Below are positions 17,168 through 23,400 of a stretch of 32,000 nt of DNA, piece after piece. The position numbers and the translations under genes are program-made. Every line of letters begins with the position of its first letter. Position 1 is the first letter of the stretch. The notes beneath the pieces were generated by a model. That model was given only the letters and a program-made list of their open reading frames with translations, did not search any database and was not told the origin of the DNA. This DNA comes from Halomicronema hongdechloris C2206 (GTDB taxonomy: Bacteria > Cyanobacteriota > Cyanobacteriia > Phormidesmidales > Phormidesmidaceae), in assembly GCF_002075285.3 (NCBI RefSeq), contig NZ_CP021983.2:2100001-2132000 (forward strand), read 5' to 3'.

Positions 17168-18352
17168 TCATGTCCTTGCCAGTAAATCTTGAAAATTAAC
17201 AGTAGAAGGGGAGGGTGACGTATATTCCTGATAACCGTAATCAGCGATAGTTATCTGTTGTATTTGTGTACTACCTTCAATGATTTCCATAATTTTCGCA
17301 TCTCGCAAACATCTAGCGACAGCATATTCATTGGTGCAGCCATTAGCACCGTGGATTTGTACAGCATCATTTGCAGCTTGAGTTGCTATTTTAGAGGCAA
17401 AATATTTAGCAATCGAAGTCTCTGCTATTGAACCTGGATCGCCAATTTCTTTGAGATAGCCAGCTTGATAGCATAGTAATCTCGCTGCTTTGACGTTGGT
17501 GAGCATCTCAGTCACTAGTTGCCGAATCAATTGGTGTTCTCTTAGATAGACACCGAACTGCTTGCGTTCACTCGTATACCGAATGCAAGCTTCTAGACAA
17601 GCTTGGGCAATTCCTACGCATCCCCAGGCAACACTATATCGACCACAATCTAGGGCAGTGGAAGCGACGTGGGAGAAACCAAAGCCCTGCCTGCACACAA
17701 GATTTTCTTGGAGAATCTGACAATCATTGAAGTGTAGCTCGGCTAACATTGAAGCCCTAACCCCCAACATTCCAGAAATGGGTTCAATCGAGAGTCCGGG
17801 GCTATTTTTCTCAACCAAAAAAGCAGAGGGCTTACCATCACATTGAGCAAATACTAGAAAAATATCGGCAATTTGTCCATAGGTAATCCATTTTTTTTGT
17901 CCATTCAAGAGATAAGCGTTTCCAGAAAGCGTCGCTGTTGTCTCTACACTTTTGGCATCGCTTCCCACATTGGGTTCACTGAGAGCAAAGGCAGCAATTA
18001 CTTCACCGGATGCTAGTTTAGGAAGCCAATAGGCTTTTTGAGACTGACTGCTCCACTTGAGCAGAGCTAGAGAAACCATGCTGTGAACAGTGAGCAAACT
18101 CCGCAGCGAAGAACACCCCCGTCCAATTTCTTCCGATAGGAGTCCGTAGGTAATCATATCCATGCCACTGCCACCGCTATCTTTGGGTAATAGGGCACCC
18201 AGATATCCCTGCTGAGCGAATTTTTTGATCAGTTCTGCAGGAGTGCGCTCTTGGCGATCCCATTGATTGGCATAGGGAACGATCGCTTCATCGACGAAGA
18301 CTCTAAATGCTGCCCTATTTTCTTTCTGTTGAGTTGTTAATTCTAACTTCAT
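17168..18352 (-). CDS. Acyl-CoA dehydrogenase family protein (FkbI/ZmaE-like)
   Basis: 394 aa. ACAD-like throughout: FAQQGYLGALLPK..GGSGMD, AFALSEPNVGSDA, KKWITYG, QFGVYLREHQLI, and the C-terminal IMEIIEGSTQIQQ (catalytic-Glu region). Confidence 0.88.
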   Translation of the reverse strand: MKLELTTQQKENRAAFRVFVDEAIVPYANQWDRQERTPAELIKKFAQQGYLGALLPKDSGGSGMDMITYGLLSEEIGRGCSSLRSLLTVHSMVSLALLKWSSQSQKAYWLPKLASGEVIAAFALSEPNVGSDAKSVETTATLSGNAYLLNGQKKWITYGQIADIFLVFAQCDGKPSAFLVEKNSPGLSIEPISGMLGVRASMLAELHFNDCQILQENLVCRQGFGFSHVASTALDCGRYSVAWGCVGIAQACLEACIRYTSERKQFGVYLREHQLIRQLVTEMLTNVKAARLLCYQAGYLKEIGDPGSIAETSIAKYFASKIATQAANDAVQIHGANGCTNEYAVARCLRDAKIMEIIEGSTQIQQITIADYGYQEYTSPSPSTVNFQDLLART

Positions 18353-18355
18353 CCA

Positions 18356-19285
18356 TCAACCTTGATAAGAGTAATGATTTAAAAATAGGTATCGATCAAT
18401 AATTTTCTTTTTGACTAAATCAATTAGCTCAGAATTCAACTGGACATTGAATCGACTTTTGTTGGGTTTGTTATAAACAATACTGGCACAATCCTTTAAA
18501 TAATCCTCAGAAGCAGGCATTGACAAAAAATTACAGAGTTGTTTTAAGCAGTACTTGGGATTTTCAATAAATGATTCATTAGTGATTTCCAAAATCTTAT
18601 CTAAGTCTATTCTGGTTTTCAGTTCAGCAACTGCTTTACAAACTAAAGAATATAATTCAATCGCTATTTCTATATCAACTTCTTCTCTTTTTGTGAACGT
18701 ATCAATAACATCATAAGGATTTCTAATGACGTGAATAAAATGAATGTTTGTCCCCATCTTTTTATAAAGAATGTCTAGCAAACCCGGATAACTTTTTAAT
18801 ATTGCCGTGGTTGGAGCAGCCTCTTTATCTCCAATCACCTTTATCTCTCGAAATCGATCTTGCTATTGATTTGGAACGGCATAGGAATACCCAGCTACAG
18901 TTTTACCTGCTTGAGCATGAACTTGAGCCCCTTTAAGAATAAGGTAATAAATTTGCCCTTTGCTATAGCTGTGTTTATTAATATATTTAACCGCACCTAA
19001 TTCATCAGAGATCACCATGTCGGGATGGGTATCTAAACAGGCTCCCACTAAACTATGGCCTGTTCTGCCACAACCAATAAAAATACAATAATTTTCTATT
19101 TTATCAAAGTATTTTCTATGCTTCCAAGCTCCATACATAGACCTTAGATATGTATAAATATTGGTCTGGGTGTCTATATGCTGAGAGTCAGCAAGAAATC
19201 GAAAATAAAAATCTTGGGTTTGCGAAGATGTTGCTTCGAGTAAGTGATTATTTGCTTGCATTTTTTCATTAATGAATTGATTCAT
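18356..19285 (-). pseudogene. Sulfotransferase-family gene interrupted by a single in-frame TAG (track ORFs 18863-19285 and 18356-18838 are its two halves)
   Basis: The N-half carries a PAPS 5'-phosphosulfate-binding-loop-like motif, IFIGCGRTGHSLVGACLDTHPDM. The C-half carries a 3'-phosphate-binding-like motif, IHFIHVIRNPYDVIDTF. I checked codon by codon that both ORFs are in the same frame: ..YAVPNQ-TAG-QDRFREIKVIGDKEAAP... The downstream 'start' is only a GTG. The joined length of ~309 aa is typical for the family. Confidence 0.7.
18863..18865 (-). other. In-frame amber codon (TAG on the minus strand; 'cta' on plus) inside the sulfotransferase reading frame
   Basis: Read directly from the sequence. 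Flanking codons are CAA(Q) at 18866-18868 and CAA(Q) at 18860-18862. Confidence 0.9.
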
Positions 19286-19299
19286 ATAGTGCTAGCCAT

Positions 19300-19545
19300 C
19301 TATGTCAGAATTGATTTTTTTCGTTCCAGCAGAGAAGCCATCGCACTGATCGTTCTGAAGTTATCCAATTCGAGGTCTTCGTTTTCAACAGTAACTTGAA
19401 ACTCTTGTTCGATAAATAAAACCAGTTGCATTGCGAACATCGAGTTCACAAATCCTACAGCAAAAATATCCTCATCATCCTGCAGGTCATGGTTACCAAA
19501 AAATTGCGAGAGAAATGTTTTCAGTTTAGCCTTAAAATCTTGCAT
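19300..19545 (-). CDS. Free-standing acyl carrier protein (FkbJ/ZmaD-like)
   Basis: 81 aa and acidic. Helix-II-type motif GFVNSMFAMQLVLFIEQEF, with Ser35 as the putative phosphopantetheinyl site. Sits between the two dehydrogenase genes and the FkbH gene. Confidence 0.7.
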   Translation of the reverse strand: MQDFKAKLKTFLSQFFGNHDLQDDEDIFAVGFVNSMFAMQLVLFIEQEFQVTVENEDLELDNFRTISAMASLLERKKSILT

Positions 19546-19565
19546 CTTTTCAAACCTTCAATCCT

Positions 19566-20420
19566 TCAACTGTAAGCGTAAAAACCCTTGCCACTTTTCC
19601 TTCCATATAGCCCAGCATCAACCATCCTTTTGAGCAAAGGGCATGGTCTATATTTGCTGTCATTAAAACTTTCGTACAAAACTTCAATTGAGAAGAGAAT
19701 CGTATCTAACCCAATCAAGTCAGCGGTCTCAAGTGGTCCCATTTTGTGACCAAAACAGGTTTTGAAGATTCTATCAACTTCTTCAGCTGAAGCGACTTGA
19801 TCGTGCAGAAGAAAAATCGCTTCATTAATAGTCAACATAAGGACGCGATTGGAAACAAATCCTGGCGAATCATTGACAACAATGCCCTCTTTTCCCATTT
19901 GAGACAACAAGTTTTTAGCTGTCTCAATGGTTTCTTCGGAAGTATGATATCCGCGAATCATTTCAACGGTTGGCTTCAGAGGAACGGGGTTCATAAAATG
20001 CATGCCCAGCACTTTAGAAGCCCGCTTGGTTACAGAAGCAATGCGAGTAATCGGAATCGCTGATGTATTGGCGGCAAAGACAACACTCTCTGGACAAATT
20101 GCCTCAAGCTGCGGGTAGACTTCCTTTTTAATACTCCACTTTTCCGTGACATTCTCAATCACAAATTCTACCCCATCTAGCAACTTGTAGTTTGTAGAAA
20201 ACTGGATGCGATTCAGAACAACGTCTGGATTTTCCGGTTTCTCTTTTTTATTAAAGAAACCTTGAAAGCGAATATTATTTTTAATTTCTTGGTTGGCCTT
20301 CTCCAGAATTTCTTCGGAAACATCGATGAGAATTACCTGATGACCGGTTTGGGCTAGGTTTTGTGCTATCCCGACTCCCATCACGCCCGCTCCCACAACA
20401 CCAACGGTTTGAATCTTCAT
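19566..20420 (-). CDS. 3-hydroxyacyl-CoA (3-hydroxybutyryl-CoA) dehydrogenase family protein (FkbK/ZmaG-like)
   Basis: 284 aa. N-terminal NAD Rossmann motif VGVVGAGVMGVGIAQNLAQTGHQVILIDV. Also ANTSAIPIT, HFMNPVP, GFVSNRV, and the C-terminal dimerisation region GPLETADLIGLD. Confidence 0.9.
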   Translation of the reverse strand: MKIQTVGVVGAGVMGVGIAQNLAQTGHQVILIDVSEEILEKANQEIKNNIRFQGFFNKKEKPENPDVVLNRIQFSTNYKLLDGVEFVIENVTEKWSIKKEVYPQLEAICPESVVFAANTSAIPITRIASVTKRASKVLGMHFMNPVPLKPTVEMIRGYHTSEETIETAKNLLSQMGKEGIVVNDSPGFVSNRVLMLTINEAIFLLHDQVASAEEVDRIFKTCFGHKMGPLETADLIGLDTILFSIEVLYESFNDSKYRPCPLLKRMVDAGLYGRKSGKGFYAYS

Positions 20421-20441
20421 TCTCCCTCCAGGATTTAGTAT

Positions 20442-23400
20442 TTAGCGAGCTGCATAAACGTTATAGATATTAGAGTTTTCGTATAAGTCTTCCTGTTCTG
20501 CTACAACGTTATACTTTTGCGTTTTGAGTAGGTTCGTTATCTGTACTAGTCGCCCTTCTGTGTCATGGATTTCTAGAACAATCTGCTTAATCTTTTTCCA
20601 GTCCTTATCTTTAATACCTTGGAGAACGTCTAGTTCACTCTTCTGCACGTCGATTTTGAGTAAATCGATGTTTTCAATATTGTTTTCGCTAATCACATCA
20701 GAGAGTGTTTTTAGTTGGCAAGTAAAACTTTGGCTCTTAAACCGCTCTTCTAACAATTCATCGGAGTATTGCATGACCTGTTCCATGCCAGCCATTCCGG
20801 TTTGGAGTTGGTTGAGCATAATGGCTTTTAAGACTTCCTGTTCCTCTCCGCGATCGCCATAGAAAGAAGACATCCCAGAACTCTGAGGGTAGAACGTAAA
20901 TGTTGCAGTTTTTGTCTCGTTCGACAAACCGACATTGAACAACTTTACATTCACCTCATGTAGCGCTGTATTGAAACTTAAAATTTCAAACAGAGGAGGG
21001 GCTGGTTCAAAGGCATAAATTATGGGATTTTTACAGTGTTGATAGGCGAACAGCGTAAACAGGCCGATGTTAGCTCCTACATCAAAAATACAGTCACCCT
21101 CATTCAACGCAATTCCATGCTTGAGATAAACTTTATTTTCAAAGATGTCTTGGTAGAAATAATCAGCCTCAGTTTTAGTTTGGTAGGCAATTTCTAAATG
21201 ATTGGGTAGCTTGTAGCGTCGCTGGCTGACTACTCTGGGAGTTTGTTCTGATGATTGGGGAAGAACGGATACGAGTTCTTCGGCTTCGTTTTCGGTGAGT
21301 TCTTCTATCTCTCTGATGAGAATTTCTTCAATAATCAAGGCTAACTCTGCCACAGAGGGTGCTTCAAAAATGAATCGCAGGGATAGTTCTACTTGGAATT
21401 CCTGACGCAGTCGGGAAAGGAGCTGAATTCCGATCAGGGAGTTTCCTCCCACATCAAAGAAGTTGTCATGGATGCCTATCCGATCAACTCCCAGCAACTC
21501 TTGATAGAGTTCAGCAATTTTGCACTCAGTTTCATTTCTAGGCGCAACATAGGCAGTTTTTAAATTCGGTCGCAGTTGTGTTGATTGAGGATGACGCTTC
21601 TCAAGATTTTCGAGTAAACTGGCGGCTGCTAAAACTTCGTTCTCCTCAAATAGGGTTTGCAGGTTTCGCGTTGACACAACAACTTGAGGCTGTTGACTGG
21701 ACAAAATGTGCCATAAGGCAGCTATCCCCTTTTTAAATTCGATACCGTATCGTTCTCGCATCTGCCTGAGTCCAGCTTGGATTTCTGGAGAAACGGCAGC
21801 TTGCAAGTTGTGCCCTGGTCCAGGATCCCAGTTGATGGAAACGGTATGAATGTTGCGCCGATAAAAATTGTAGTGGGCGAAGGCATCGAGAAAAGCGTTG
21901 CCGGCGGAGTAATCGACTTGACCCAAGCCCCCCGTAATTGCATTTATGGAAGAAAATAAAACCAAAAAATCTAGCTGTGTGTCCTTCAATACAGCATCTA
22001 AAACCATGGCTCCCTTGACTTTGAAATTGAGAATACTTGCCGCTGATTCGGTCGTTTTGAGCTGAATAATGCTGGCACCTATTGGTGGTGTCGTTTGAAT
22101 GATGCCATGAATTTCGCCAAAGCGATCGCGCACCCGATCGACCATCCCTTGCATCTGTTCGAGGTGGGTAACATCGGCTTTAATAACCAGAACCTCTGCA
22201 CCGAATTCCTCCATCGCCTGAACTTTCTTTATCTTGATACTGACTGGGTTGTCTTCTTCATGGTTAGATAACCACTGCTCCCATTCCGTTTTTGGCGGCA
22301 AACCCGAACGTTCAATAATCACCAATTTGGCTTGCACTGTCTTTGCCAAATGTTGCGCGATCGCAAGTCCAAGTCCTCCTAATCCACCCGTAATCAGGTA
22401 GACTCCACCTTGCCGTAACTTAGCAGTGCGCAAGGTTTTCCCTGCTACGGGTAAGGGTTCAAAGCACTGCACCCATCGACGATTGCCGCGATAGGCAATG
22501 ACTTTATCAGCAGTTGGTGCCGCAAGTTCGCTAAAGAGTTGGTCTATCAGTTGCTGCCATTGCCTAGTACCCGATTGAGGTAGCGTAATATCGATGCTGC
22601 GGCAGGTGATGTTTGAATATTCCTGGGGAATGACTCTACAGGGTCCTAAAAGGGTTGCCTTTTCTGGACATATGTCGTCAGTGTCGGTTAACTCCTGTAA
22701 GTTGTTAGATATGATATCAATGTGTAGGGGATCATCAATACCCTGTTCTCCTAATGCCTGCGCTAGAAACAGCAGACTGTAGAAACTAAGTGATTGGATT
22801 TGTTCCCAACTCTCAAGTCCAGGCTCTGCCTGCTCGTTCGCTGTTATAGTCCACAAATGAACAATGCTTTTGGGAATTTTATTAGAGAAATGAAGTTCGC
22901 AGAGCAAGGTGTCATAGTCATCCCTTTTCCCAGGATTAATAGTGTATTCCTGTTGATTGAGTTTCCTAAATTCTTCCCCAATCCCGACAATGATGATATC
23001 TTGACATTCCTTTTCTAGTTGTTTCACAAGCTGGGAACCCACTCCACAGCGATCAACCAACACTAACCAGGGTTGCTTGCGATTACCCCACTTCCCTGAC
23101 TCAAACGGTACCGGTGGCGCGGCGCGTTTCCAAGAAGGAATATGGAACCATTCGGTAATGTCTAACTTTTGTTGGGAGTTTGATGCTCCTGAATTGACAG
23201 GATTGCCAGGTTTTTGAGGTTCAATCCAATAACGCTGGCGCTCAAAGGGATAGGTCGGTAAGGGAAGGCGATGACGGCGTTCATTGATATAAAAACCGGA
23301 CCAATCAATCAGTATGCCTGCAAGCCATAGCTGCCCTAATGTGTTGAGCAAGAAGGCTACATCTGACTGCCGGTCATAGGTATAGCGCAGGGAAGGTAGC

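Noticed and set aside
18748-18936. A 62-aa plus-strand ORF spanning the TAG junction of the sulfotransferase.
   Set aside because: It is antisense to the sulfotransferase frame and has no motifs. It is probably a chance ORF in AT-rich DNA.
18356-19285. Treating 18863-19285 and 18356-18838 as two independent small genes.
   Set aside because: They share the same frame and are separated by only one TAG plus 8 sense codons. The second 'gene' would need a GTG start. The two PAPS-binding signatures of one sulfotransferase fold are split between them. A single interrupted gene is the more parsimonious reading.
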